Below are positions 34,774-43,754 of a stretch of 64,000 bases of DNA, one piece after another. Origin of the DNA: Bryobacterales bacterium (GTDB taxonomy: Bacteria > Acidobacteriota > Terriglobia > Bryobacterales > UBA6623); contig OZ241991.1 of NCBI GenBank assembly GCA_965204095.1, positions 1,360,290-1,424,289 on the forward strand, in the 5' to 3' direction. Each line of letters starts with the position of its first letter. The stretch's first letter is position 1. Made by a program: the position numbers and the translations under genes. Under the pieces are notes generated by a model. That model was given only the letters and a program-made list of their open reading frames with translations. It was not told the DNA's origin and ran no database searches.

Positions 34774-36165
34774 TCACTTCGAACCGGCTACTTCGATGAC
34801 GACGTCGTAGAGGATTTCAACGTATTCCTGAAAGGGTTCGACGTAGAGGTACTCGTCCTTGCCATGGATTCCGCCCGCGAGGTCCCAAACGGCCCGGCCC
34901 GGGCCAAAGCCATAGGACTCGATGCCGGCGGCGCGGAGTTGCGCCGAGTCGGTCGCGCCGGTGGACATGCGAGGCAGAATGAGAATGCCCGGATAGCGCT
35001 GATCGAGCACTTTTTCGAAAGCTCGGAACACATCGGACTTCAATGACGAAGGCTGGTGCTTCGGTCGCGTGACGGGGTGCGGCATGAGGTCGACCTTGGG
35101 CTCGTTCATGATCCGCTTGAGTCGGGGGAAGAGTTCTTCGGGGTCCTCGTGAGGCAGAGCGCGGATATCGACGGTGGCTTCCGCTTCCGAGGGGATGACG
35201 TTCTTGAGATAGCCGCCCTTGACGATCGTCGGGACGATCGATGTGCGGATCATCGAGTAAAACAGCGGGCTGATCTCCCGTAGTTTCTGTTGCGTTTCGG
35301 TACTTGGGTTCCCTTCGAGAACCTCGTTATAAACCGCAGCTTCTTCGGGCGGCGCGTGTTCGGCAAGGCGGCGGAAGTACTCGCGCGTCGTTTCGTTGAG
35401 GTGAACCGGCGTTTCGTATTCCGACAGGCGGCCTACAGCACGCGAAAGCGCTGCAACAGGGTTGTCGGGCAAGGGAATCGAGCCATGGCCGGAGGTGCCC
35501 TTGGCTTGCAGGTCGATGCGGCGCGGTGTCTTTTCGGCGGTCTGGATCTCGAAACGCACGTGCTTGAACCGGCGATCGAAGACGCCGGCGCCGCCTTCGT
35601 TGATCGCAAATTCGGCGTCAATGGCTTCACGATGATTATCGAGAAGGTAGGTGATCCCGGCGAGCCCGCCGGCTTCTTCGTCGGCGACGCCGAGGAAGAT
35701 GACGTCGCGGTCGAGCGGGATCTTCAGCCGATGCAACAGGAGCAGCACCTGTAATGATCCTGAGACGACGCCTTTGTCATCGCCAGTGCCGCGGCCGAAG
35801 ATGATGCCGTCTTTGACAACACCGCCGAAGGGATTGAACGACCATTCATCACGTTCGACGGCTACAACATCGAGGTGCCCGAGCAGCAGAAGGGGCTTTT
35901 TCTTTCCGTTGCCCTTGACTCGGGCGACGATGCTGGCGCGGCCGGGTTTTGCCTCGAAGATTTCTGACGGGATGTCATCGGCGTCGAGCTTTTTCTTGAG
36001 GTAGTTCGCGGCAAGGATCTCGTTGCCCTCGGGCTGCGATGTGTCGAGCCGAACAAGATCGACGAGGGTTTCCAGCGCTTCTTGACGAGCTTGGGGCCAG
36101 TCCGGCGTTTGTGCTGCGGCTGGCAGCAGGAGGAAAAGTAGAAGGGTTGGTCGGAATACGAACAC
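34774..36165 (-). CDS. M20-family metallopeptidase (secreted)
   Basis: LLLGHLDVVAVERDEWSFNPFGGVVKDGIIFGRGTGDDKG is the M20/ArgE/DapE signature. GTG start preceded by AGGAGG. Confidence 0.88.
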   Translation of the reverse strand: MFVFRPTLLLFLLLPAAAQTPDWPQARQEALETLVDLVRLDTSQPEGNEILAANYLKKKLDADDIPSEIFEAKPGRASIVARVKGNGKKKPLLLLGHLDVVAVERDEWSFNPFGGVVKDGIIFGRGTGDDKGVVSGSLQVLLLLHRLKIPLDRDVIFLGVADEEAGGLAGITYLLDNHREAIDAEFAINEGGAGVFDRRFKHVRFEIQTAEKTPRRIDLQAKGTSGHGSIPLPDNPVAALSRAVGRLSEYETPVHLNETTREYFRRLAEHAPPEEAAVYNEVLEGNPSTETQQKLREISPLFYSMIRTSIVPTIVKGGYLKNVIPSEAEATVDIRALPHEDPEELFPRLKRIMNEPKVDLMPHPVTRPKHQPSSLKSDVFRAFEKVLDQRYPGILILPRMSTGATDSAQLRAAGIESYGFGPGRAVWDLAGGIHGKDEYLYVEPFQEYVEILYDVVIEVAGSK

Positions 36166-36270
36166 TCTGAAGGAAACCTCCTTGTCCAGGATAAACGAAT
36201 GTGGCGAGTTGGCTAGGCGAATAACTCATTCCGGGTTGGATCAGCCTGTGGGCTGGAGGTGTTCGATGCG

Positions 36271-37143
36271 TCAGTCCCGTTCTGCATGCTGTTCTTCGGA
36301 ATCACCAGTTCCGCAACCCGTCACAAGGATCGAGACCGCCTCCTCCAGCCATCCGGAGTGCCATTGATGCCCTCTCTGTGGGCCATCCCGATAGGCGTGG
36401 GGAATCGCCAACTCGACAAGCAAATTGTGCATAGCCGTGTGATGCGCCCGGAACGCTCCTGCATAGCCGGTCAGGACCAAACGGCATCGCTGCCGAAGCG
36501 TGGCCGCCCGGGAGCGAATCAGTCCGGTGATCCTGTATTTCTCGAAGTTCTCTTGTCCGCCGAAGATCGGCTCCATTCCGAACCTGTCAGGGGCATCTTG
36601 CATCAGAGGAGCGTCCCAGGCTGCCGCCTTGCCGAAGACTTCGGGATGGCGCAGCAGCAGCGACCACGCGCCCCACCCGGACTTGGAAAACCCTACCAGC
36701 AAGCGTCCATCAGGGCTGGTCTCGACGGGATAGGAACCCTCGACCAGGGGAAGAACGTCCTCGAGCAGGTATTGCTCCTGGCGCAAGGACATATTGGCGG
36801 GGTGATCGGCATACCATGGCAATGCCGAGAATGTCGGCAGTACCACAACAAGGCCGTATCGGTCGGCAATGTCCAGCTTCCGTATTTCCTCGGCCGGGTC
36901 GCCCCATCTCGTTTCGGCGCCAGCCTCGACCGGAAGCACGTAGAGGGTCCTCTTGGGGAGGTCGATGTCCTTGCGCTTGGGTGTGAAGACACGTACGGTC
37001 GTCTCCCCGGACTGGCGAGGGCTCCGTATGAGGTGGACATCCTCGGCTGCCTCGATGGCTCCCGCAGCCATGCAGGCAAGCAACACTACAAGCCTGGCCG
37101 ATGGGCATTGCCGCTGATGCGATTGACGGAGGCCGGATTGCAA
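36271..37143 (-). CDS. putative esterase (esterase D / alpha-beta hydrolase type)
   Basis: Signal peptide. ...LVGFSKSGWGAWSLLLRHPEVFGKAAAWDAP contains a nucleophile-elbow-like G-x-S-x-G. Confidence 0.75.
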   Translation of the reverse strand: MQSGLRQSHQRQCPSARLVVLLACMAAGAIEAAEDVHLIRSPRQSGETTVRVFTPKRKDIDLPKRTLYVLPVEAGAETRWGDPAEEIRKLDIADRYGLVVVLPTFSALPWYADHPANMSLRQEQYLLEDVLPLVEGSYPVETSPDGRLLVGFSKSGWGAWSLLLRHPEVFGKAAAWDAPLMQDAPDRFGMEPIFGGQENFEKYRITGLIRSRAATLRQRCRLVLTGYAGAFRAHHTAMHNLLVELAIPHAYRDGPQRGHQWHSGWLEEAVSILVTGCGTGDSEEQHAERD

Positions 37144-37191
37144 GAGAGGAGGAAACCTCTTTCTCCAGGATAAGCGACGGTGGCGGTTTGT

Positions 37192-38394
37192 CTATGCGAA
37201 CAACTCCTCGACACGTGCCGCGACGATTTCGTGCTCGCCGGGCTTGAGCATCCACATGGAGATGCGCAGGCCCTCGGGGTTTTGCGAAACGGCGATCGCC
37301 GGTTCGCCCTCACGCAGTTTCTTGACCGCGTCGCCGGGTGTGAGACCTTTTGCGGCGGCATCCCAGCGAACGAGGACGTGGGGAACGCGATTGGCTATGG
37401 GCGGAATGTGTAGCTCGGTCTCGACTCCATCGACCCCGCCCACCGTCCGAATGACATGCTCGGCGCGGGCCTCGAGTTCACGTCGCTCGGCGTCGTGATC
37501 GATGCGGTGGTAACGCTCAACGGCGGCGAGCAGGCCCATGATCTCTTCCTTGCCGACCTTCATGCCCCGCCCAACGCCGGCGCGTGGGCTGCTGGCCTTG
37601 AGCGCGGCGGAGACAAGTTCGGCGTCGCCGAGCACAAGGCCGCTGGCCTGCGGTCCGAGTAGCCCCTTACCGCCGGAGAAGACGGCGAGATCGAAACCTT
37701 CGTCGATGTACTGGCGCAGCCGGCTGACGGGAGGAACATCGGAAGCACAGTCGTTCATCGTGGGGATGCCGTGTTTCTTGCCGATCTCGATCCAATCAGC
37801 TCGCGAGATCCGACCCCTGTGTTCGGCGACGTTCAAGAAGAACATCATGGCCGTGTGCTTGCTGATGGCCTTCTCGAGCTCTTCCCGCGTCTCGACCTCG
37901 ACGGGCCTGGCGCCGGCCATCCAAATCTGAGTGTCGAAGCCAAAGCGATGGCTTTTCTGGATGATGACTTCGTTGGGCATGCCGGTCGTGTCGGGTAGTT
38001 GGCGCAGCTTCTTGTTGTCGCCCCGCGTGACACAAGCCGCAGTCCCGACGGTCAGGCCGGAAGCCGCCCCACAGCAGATCATCGCGCCGGGAACGCCAAT
38101 GATCTCGGCGATGCGCTTGCCGACTTTCACTTGCAGCTCGGGTAGATCAATGAAGTTCCTGGATGCCTCGACCATCGCGGCGACGACCTCCGCTGGCATG
38201 ATCGAGCCTCCGAGAACCGTCACCACACCGACACCGTTGATGACGTGCCGTACGCCAAGGCTTTCGTAGGTAACCGTGCTGGTGGTTCCGCCGATCGGCG
38301 ATCGGGCGGACTCTCCGCAACCTGCAAGCCCGGCTGCGGCCGCGCCGGTTGTGGTTGCTTTGAGAAAACTTCTGCGGGTTCGGGATCGTTTCAT
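37192..38394 (-). CDS. SelA-like PLP-dependent enzyme with twin-arginine signal
   Basis: MKRSRTRRSFLKATTTGAAAAGLAGC (TAT signal, possible lipobox). ...DLAVFSGGKGLLGPQASGLV resembles the SelA-family PLP-lysine region (S-G-x-K-L-L-G-G-P-Q), from memory. Confidence 0.7.
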   Translation of the reverse strand: MKRSRTRRSFLKATTTGAAAAGLAGCGESARSPIGGTTSTVTYESLGVRHVINGVGVVTVLGGSIMPAEVVAAMVEASRNFIDLPELQVKVGKRIAEIIGVPGAMICCGAASGLTVGTAACVTRGDNKKLRQLPDTTGMPNEVIIQKSHRFGFDTQIWMAGARPVEVETREELEKAISKHTAMMFFLNVAEHRGRISRADWIEIGKKHGIPTMNDCASDVPPVSRLRQYIDEGFDLAVFSGGKGLLGPQASGLVLGDAELVSAALKASSPRAGVGRGMKVGKEEIMGLLAAVERYHRIDHDAERRELEARAEHVIRTVGGVDGVETELHIPPIANRVPHVLVRWDAAAKGLTPGDAVKKLREGEPAIAVSQNPEGLRISMWMLKPGEHEIVAARVEELFA

Positions 38395-38634
38395 GGTCAA
38401 TATCCTGCCGTTCTCCGGCCACGAGAATGTAACACATCAGGCGTCCGGGCTATTGATTCGCCCGCAATCCGCACGTATGCGGAAGCCTGACGAGAGATTC
38501 TGGTTGCGAATGACTCCGACAAGGTGTCCGAAGTTCAATGCGGCAAGGAGCGGCTATCATCAGCGGATGCGCTTGAAGCCAGAGAGAGTTTGTCGTATCT
38601 GGACGTTACAGGGCGAGGAGGTTCTCGGCCCTTG

Positions 38635-39465
38635 ATGTCCATAGCCGAAATGACTGGCTTCCCTCTCTTGGCCTGCGGCGCCACGGGTGCTCTTTGTCGA
38701 GGCGGTTCGGCGCGCAACTCTGTGTCGGAGCAAGGTCTGTTTACGAACGGAGTGGGACAGGTCGCCTGGTCTTTGTGCAACGAAATCACGGTACACTTGA
38801 CGTTTGGCCGTGTTACCGGGATGAGCCTCACGACCGATATCGGGCGCCGAATCGAGTTGGTCTCGATGGACTCGCATTTCCACGATATCTCGATCGGGCT
38901 CTATCGCCAATCAGGCGCGCAAGGTCCCGAGTTCCTCGTTCACACCTACAGCGGCCTTGACGGTGCACGGGAGCGAGTAGAGTTTGTAGCTCGGACGATG
39001 GTCCTTCTCGGCGGCATGGAGGCGGTCGAGGGCGATAGCCGGAGGGTAAAGTTTGCGTGCAACAGCTCGCACGATTTCGCTTGCAAGCGAGTATTCCTGG
39101 AATCTTGCAAATGGGACCCGGCCGTTGACGTCGAGCCGAAGCCGCTGACCATCTTCGACAGGAAGTCGGACGCAAACGTCACCGTCGAGAGCCTCGCCGA
39201 CGGCGTTTACCGTATCATCGGAGAGGCGCAGAGCGATCGGGGAGAAAAGCGCCGGACCGCTATCGGCGCCGGCCTTGTGAAGCTCGGAGAGATGGAATGG
39301 CTCGAAGGTGACGAGGAGCGCTTCGCGTTTCCCTGCAGGCACTCCCACGATAAACTGGTGGGGTTGCTGCTGATACGCGCGTTGAATGTCAGGGGCGTTG
39401 AGCGCGAACAGCAAATGGCGTTGGCCCGGGGACAGTTGCTGGCTCCCAGCGCTCAGAAACAGTAG
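38635..39465 (+). CDS. hypothetical protein built from three ~55-aa internal repeats (conserved [CS]-x2-S-H-x-D motif)
   Basis: Repeat cores: GRRIELVSMDSHFHD, GMEAVEGDSRRVKFACNSSHDF and GEMEWLEGDEERFAFPCRHSHDK. The repeats are about twice as conserved in this frame (12/24) as in the antisense ORF 38911-39414 (6/26), so I call the plus strand. Start uncertain: candidates are 38524 GTG, 38632 TTG, 38635 ATG and 38821 ATG. Confidence 0.55.
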   Translation: MSIAEMTGFPLLACGATGALCRGGSARNSVSEQGLFTNGVGQVAWSLCNEITVHLTFGRVTGMSLTTDIGRRIELVSMDSHFHDISIGLYRQSGAQGPEFLVHTYSGLDGARERVEFVARTMVLLGGMEAVEGDSRRVKFACNSSHDFACKRVFLESCKWDPAVDVEPKPLTIFDRKSDANVTVESLADGVYRIIGEAQSDRGEKRRTAIGAGLVKLGEMEWLEGDEERFAFPCRHSHDKLVGLLLIRALNVRGVEREQQMALARGQLLAPSAQKQ

Positions 39466-39476
39466 ACCTCTACGTT

Positions 39477-40502
39477 ATGAACGGACGTGAACGAGTCCTG
39501 GCTGCCTTGCGGCAAGAGCCGGTCGATCGTACGCCGGCTTGCAATCCAACCTCGTTGGCAACAGTGGAATTGATGGATCTGGTTGACACGCCATTTCCCG
39601 AAGCGAACCGCAATCCTGAGATGATGGCTCGCCTCGCCGCCACCGGCTACACCGAGTTGGGCTTCGATTCCATCATGCCGGTCTTCACGATCATCCAGGA
39701 GTCTTCGGCCTTGGGCTGCAAGATGCAATGGGAACAGAAGGACAACTGGCCCACGGTCAGAATGCGTGAGCCGATCTGGGTGGAACCCGACGACATCAAG
39801 CTGCCCTCGGACTTCCTCACGCACAACGACACGAAGTGCGTGACCGACGCGATCAAGATCTTGAAGAAGCAGTACGACGACGAAGTCGCGATTATCGGCA
39901 AGACGATGGGCCCCTGGACGTTGGGGTATCACTGCTTCGGCGTGGAACCGTTCCTGCTGATGTCGCTTGATGATCCCGGCAAGACGAAGTTATGTCTCGA
40001 CCGCATGAAAGAGGCGACGGTCGAGTATGGTACGGCGCAAATCGAGGCCGGTGCTGACGCCCTGACGCTGCCCGATCACGCGACCGGAGATCTGGTGAGC
40101 GGCGAGTACTACAAGGATTTCCTGCTTGATCTGCATATCGAGATGGTGGAAAGACTTCCGGTGCCGCTGATCCTCCATATCTGCGGCAAGACGCTTGATC
40201 GCATGGACTACATCGCGCAATCGGGCATGGCGGCTTTCCACTTCGACTCGAAGAATCCGCCGAGCGAGGCAATGGAGATCGTCAACGACCGAATCGCCCT
40301 CGTCGGCAACATCAACAACCCGGAAACTCTTTTCGCCAAGGGGCCCGAGGAGGTTCGACAGGAGGTGTATCGCAACCTCGAAGCGAATGTGAATTTGATC
40401 GGGCCCGAGTGTGCTATCCCGCTCCAAACGTCGATCGAAAACCTCAAGGAGATCCCCAAAGCCGTCAAAGAATGGCACCGGGAACACCCGACGCCAAACT
40501 GA
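39477..40502 (+). CDS. MtaA/CmuA-type (uroporphyrinogen-decarboxylase fold) corrinoid methyltransferase
   Basis: 341 aa, URO-D-like throughout. Putative zinc ligands in LILHICGKT (H-x-C) and GPECAIP (C), as in MT2-type methylcobamide methyltransferases. Confidence 0.8.
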   Translation: MNGRERVLAALRQEPVDRTPACNPTSLATVELMDLVDTPFPEANRNPEMMARLAATGYTELGFDSIMPVFTIIQESSALGCKMQWEQKDNWPTVRMREPIWVEPDDIKLPSDFLTHNDTKCVTDAIKILKKQYDDEVAIIGKTMGPWTLGYHCFGVEPFLLMSLDDPGKTKLCLDRMKEATVEYGTAQIEAGADALTLPDHATGDLVSGEYYKDFLLDLHIEMVERLPVPLILHICGKTLDRMDYIAQSGMAAFHFDSKNPPSEAMEIVNDRIALVGNINNPETLFAKGPEEVRQEVYRNLEANVNLIGPECAIPLQTSIENLKEIPKAVKEWHREHPTPN

Positions 40503-40521
40503 GGACCAGCGGCGCAAGGGC

Positions 40522-41283
40522 ATGGCTTCCATCAACGACATCGCGAACGAGCTTGTCCGCAACGAAATCGAGGAGTACCTGGAGCAGCCGGACGAACGGG
40601 AATCCGTCATCGAGACGTTCGTGAAGTGCAGTGCGTCGATGCAGGCGATCGGCGCGGCGCTCATTGACGGACAGCACAAGACCGTCGATCAGTTGACACA
40701 GAACGCGCTGGCGGATGGCGTGCCGGCACTCGAAGTGATGGATGACGGCTTGATCGCAGCGATGCGGATCGTGGGCATCAAGTTTCGCGAGAACTTCATC
40801 TATGTGCCGGAAGTGTTGAGTTGCGCGCGGGCCATGAAGGCCGGCATGGCGCACATCGAGCCCATTCTTTCGGCTTCGGGGATCGAGCCCATCGGCCGGG
40901 TCGTGATGGGGACGGTCAAGGGCGACCTGCACGACATTGGCAAGAACCTCTGCATCATGATGCTGCGCGGCGCGGGATTCGAGGTGTTCGATCTGGGCGT
41001 GGATACCTCCGCCGACGAGTTTCTGGAGGCGGTGGAGGGGCACAACGCGCCGCTCATGGGGATGTCCGCGCTGCTGACGACCACCATGCCGAACATGGCG
41101 GTGACAATCGAGACGTTCATCGACGAAGGCATCCGCGACGACGTGAAGGTCATGGTCGGCGGCGCGCCGGTGAGTCAGGAATTCGCTGACGATATGGGCG
41201 CCGACGGCTACGGAAAAGACGCCATGGAATGCGTCGCTCTCGCCAAGCGGTTGGTCAGCGAAGAAGTGGGAGCCGAGAGCTGA
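40522..41283 (+). CDS. corrinoid (cobalamin)-binding protein, MtaC/MtbC-like
   Basis: B12-binding motifs GDLHDIGKN (DxHxxG), SALLTTT and MVGGAP. The track start (40411) overlaps the upstream gene, so I re-set it to MASINDIANEL. Confidence 0.88.
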   Translation: MASINDIANELVRNEIEEYLEQPDERESVIETFVKCSASMQAIGAALIDGQHKTVDQLTQNALADGVPALEVMDDGLIAAMRIVGIKFRENFIYVPEVLSCARAMKAGMAHIEPILSASGIEPIGRVVMGTVKGDLHDIGKNLCIMMLRGAGFEVFDLGVDTSADEFLEAVEGHNAPLMGMSALLTTTMPNMAVTIETFIDEGIRDDVKVMVGGAPVSQEFADDMGADGYGKDAMECVALAKRLVSEEVGAES

Positions 41284-41566
41284 CAGTTCGTGGTAAAGTC
41301 CCGTGGAAGGTGCTGCGGGTTTCTGTGGTCGCAAGGCGCGGGGTGAGTAGGATGGCGATCCGCGTGATCTCCTCCTCGCGAAGGAAAAGCGAACGACAAA
41401 GCCGACGGCCGCAAACGTCTGTCGCCCGAAGGGTTACGCGCCACTTCCGCCCGGCTGCGCGGAAAGCGCGACGCCTCGTTGCTGGAACGGCCACGCATTA
41501 CGCAATCGGCCGCGGGGCACGTAACGCCGCCTATGTGACTTTTGCCACGGGCTGTTGACCTCCCTC

Positions 41567-41806
41567 ATGACAAAGATCGACAAAGAGGAATACCAGAAAC
41601 GTTTGGACCAGATCTCAGCGATATTCGCAGAGATGATCCAGCACGCCGACGAACTGTCGACCCAGCGCTGTCCCTACAAGAACCGTTTCGATCAATGCAC
41701 GGCAAAGTTCGGCTGCCGCAATCAACAGAAAACTGCCGTGGGCAAGTTGTTTCTGTGTGTCGGAGACGACAAGCTGGACTATCGCAGCGCTTGGGAAACC
41801 TCCTGA
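41567..41806 (+). CDS. small (79-aa) hypothetical protein with a C-x8-C-x5-C-x13-C motif
   Basis: MTKIDKEEYQKRLDQISAIFAEMIQHADELSTQRCPYKNRFDQCTAKFGCRNQQKTAVGKLFLCVGDDK... The composition looks coding-like. No SD is seen and no family is recognised. Confidence 0.5.
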   Translation: MTKIDKEEYQKRLDQISAIFAEMIQHADELSTQRCPYKNRFDQCTAKFGCRNQQKTAVGKLFLCVGDDKLDYRSAWETS

Positions 41807-42089
41807 GCGCGAGGGAATTGCATGAAGCTGTTCCCGTCACGACATTGATCTGATATTCCCTGTCTCATCAATGAGAGCTGAACAGACAAAGGTTGGATGA
41901 CACTCAACAGAACATCATCAAGAACGAGCCGGGCTTGTTGAAACCGGCTCAGACCTCAGGCAGAGTCTCGTACTCCATCAAGAGATGGCCTGGCCGCGCT
42001 ACAGCTTCTCGGCTTGTTCGAGCCGAATGAACGGGAGCACTGCCAGACCAGCGCGGGCCGGCGATGGCAATCTCCTCCTAGGCAGTCTC

Positions 42090-43268
42090 CTAACTCACGG
42101 GAACCCAGCGCAAGCAAGCAGGCATTGGGACACTGAGCACTTGTCCCGTCGGAGTGAGCTTGCCTGTTTCCTGGTCGACCGCGAACGTTACGACGTTGCT
42201 CGTTCTTTGATTCTCGGCAAAGAGATACTTGCCCGTCGGGTCCAGATCGAAGTTGCGCGGTGTCTTTCCCTGCGTCGAAACCTGTTCGATGGCCGTCAGC
42301 ATGCCGCTGGCTTGGTCGATCGAAAAGACGGCGATCGAATCATGTCCGCGGTTCGAGCCATAGAGGAACTTGCCCGAGGGATGAGCACGCACCTCGGCGG
42401 TATGGCTGATCTCCGTGTAGCCTTCAGGAAGCGTGGAGATCATTTGGATCTCTTCCATCACTCCGGCCTCCGCGTCCCAGGTAAACGCGGTAATGGTATT
42501 GCCCATCTCGTTGATCGCGTAGCAGAACTTCCCCGACGGATGGAAGGTAAAGTGGCGCGGTCCGCCTCCGGCCTTGACCTTCGCTGACGGCGGGTCGTTC
42601 GGCTCGATCTTGCCTGTAGCCGGATCGGCTTTAAAGATAAACAGGTCATCCGTTCCCAGATCCGCGGTGATGACGAAACGGTCATCCAGTGAGAAATTGA
42701 CCGAGTGGGCGTGCGGCCCCTTCTGCCGTTGCTCGTTGACGCTGGAACCTTCGTGTTGCATAACGCTGACTGCTTCGCTCAGCTTGCCGTCAGCGTTGAC
42801 CTGGAAGGAAGCGGTGCTGCCGGCCCCGTAGTTGGCGACCGCCAGCATCCTGCCCGTCGAATCGAGGTTGAGGTGGCACGGTCCGGAGCCCTTCGACGAC
42901 ACCTGGTTCAGCAGCGTCAGTTTCCCCGTCTCATGATCGATCTGAAACGAACTCACGGCGCCCTCGCCTTCGAAGTCTTCCGTGACGGCGTAGAGGTACT
43001 GATGGTTCGGGTGAACGGCGACAAACGATGGATTGACGATTTCGGCCGCCAGGCCGATCTCGGTCATTTGACCCAAGCCCGAATCAAAGCGCCAGGCGTA
43101 GATTCCTTTGCCTCCACCCTCTGTTTTCGTGTAGGTCCCGAAATAAGCAAGATACTGTGGAGCGGAGGCTTCCTTGGATTCTTCCATTGATTCTGATTCG
43201 CAGCCGCCGTATCCGAGGACGAGAGTGAACAGAAGGCCGGCCGCGAGGTAAGTGATGGGGTTTCTCAT
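42090..43268 (-). CDS. lactonase, 7-bladed beta-propeller family (6-phosphogluconolactonase-like) lipoprotein
   Basis: MRNPITYLAAGLLFTLVLGYGGC (lipobox). Repeated ...HP.GK.LY..N... blades. The track start at 43361 was re-set to the ATG at 43268. TTGCAT-17-TTTATA lies on the minus strand just upstream (43274-43306). Confidence 0.82.
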   Translation of the reverse strand: MRNPITYLAAGLLFTLVLGYGGCESESMEESKEASAPQYLAYFGTYTKTEGGGKGIYAWRFDSGLGQMTEIGLAAEIVNPSFVAVHPNHQYLYAVTEDFEGEGAVSSFQIDHETGKLTLLNQVSSKGSGPCHLNLDSTGRMLAVANYGAGSTASFQVNADGKLSEAVSVMQHEGSSVNEQRQKGPHAHSVNFSLDDRFVITADLGTDDLFIFKADPATGKIEPNDPPSAKVKAGGGPRHFTFHPSGKFCYAINEMGNTITAFTWDAEAGVMEEIQMISTLPEGYTEISHTAEVRAHPSGKFLYGSNRGHDSIAVFSIDQASGMLTAIEQVSTQGKTPRNFDLDPTGKYLFAENQRTSNVVTFAVDQETGKLTPTGQVLSVPMPACLRWVPVS

Positions 43269-43442
43269 GCTGACTATATAAAGCGTAGTGAGCCGCGGAA
43301 TGCAAGCCGCCATAGACGCCGCGCACCTAGGAGCCTGTCCTACAGAAAATTTTGGCCCCAATCAGTTGTAGTCAGACTTGATCACAGACACAAGATATTG
43401 ACAAAAAATTGGCGATTTTCGTTCTGTGAGACAGACTCCTAG

Positions 43443-43648
43443 CCTGCATTTCTCACCACCCGAGGGTCGAAGCACACGATACGACCGCCAGGACTTCGTT
43501 GCGCTTGCTTGCCGTGCTCAACGTACTGTTCAAGTACGCCTGCGCGCGCCAAGCGGCTCGCGCCTTTTTCCTCCGCCCGGCTTGCGCCTAGTCCTGACCC
43601 GACGGCCCTCTCACCCACTTCGCCTCGCCGCGTGGTGAAAAATGCAGG
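43443..43648 (-). mobile_element. MITE copy 8 (subfamily B, 206 bp)
   Basis: Inverted relative to copy 1. TSD CTAG (43439-43442) / CTAG (43649-43652). Carries the ~24-nt B insert ...TTTTTCCTCCGCCCGGCTTGCGCCTAG... Confidence 0.9.
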
Positions 43649-43754
43649 CTAGAAGTTGGGTGGGAGAGCATTCGGTCCCTCGATCCAGACGAACGAAGAA
43701 TGACACCTCTACTTTTCCGCCGTCAGAGATGACAGCAATCCGCAGACTTCCTCT

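Noticed and set aside
38911-39414. A 167-aa minus-strand ORF that looked protein-like.
   Set aside because: The internal DNA repeat is much better conserved at the amino-acid level in the plus frame (12/24 vs ~6/26). The plus ORF is also co-directional and 12 nt from the downstream methyltransferase gene.
41926-41950. Stem-loop GAGCCGG-N11-CCGGCTC between the convergent small Cys protein and lactonase genes, as an intrinsic terminator.
   Set aside because: It has a 7-bp stem with a large loop and no U-tract on the plus strand (only a weak T-rich run on the minus strand). That is too weak to call a terminator from sequence alone.
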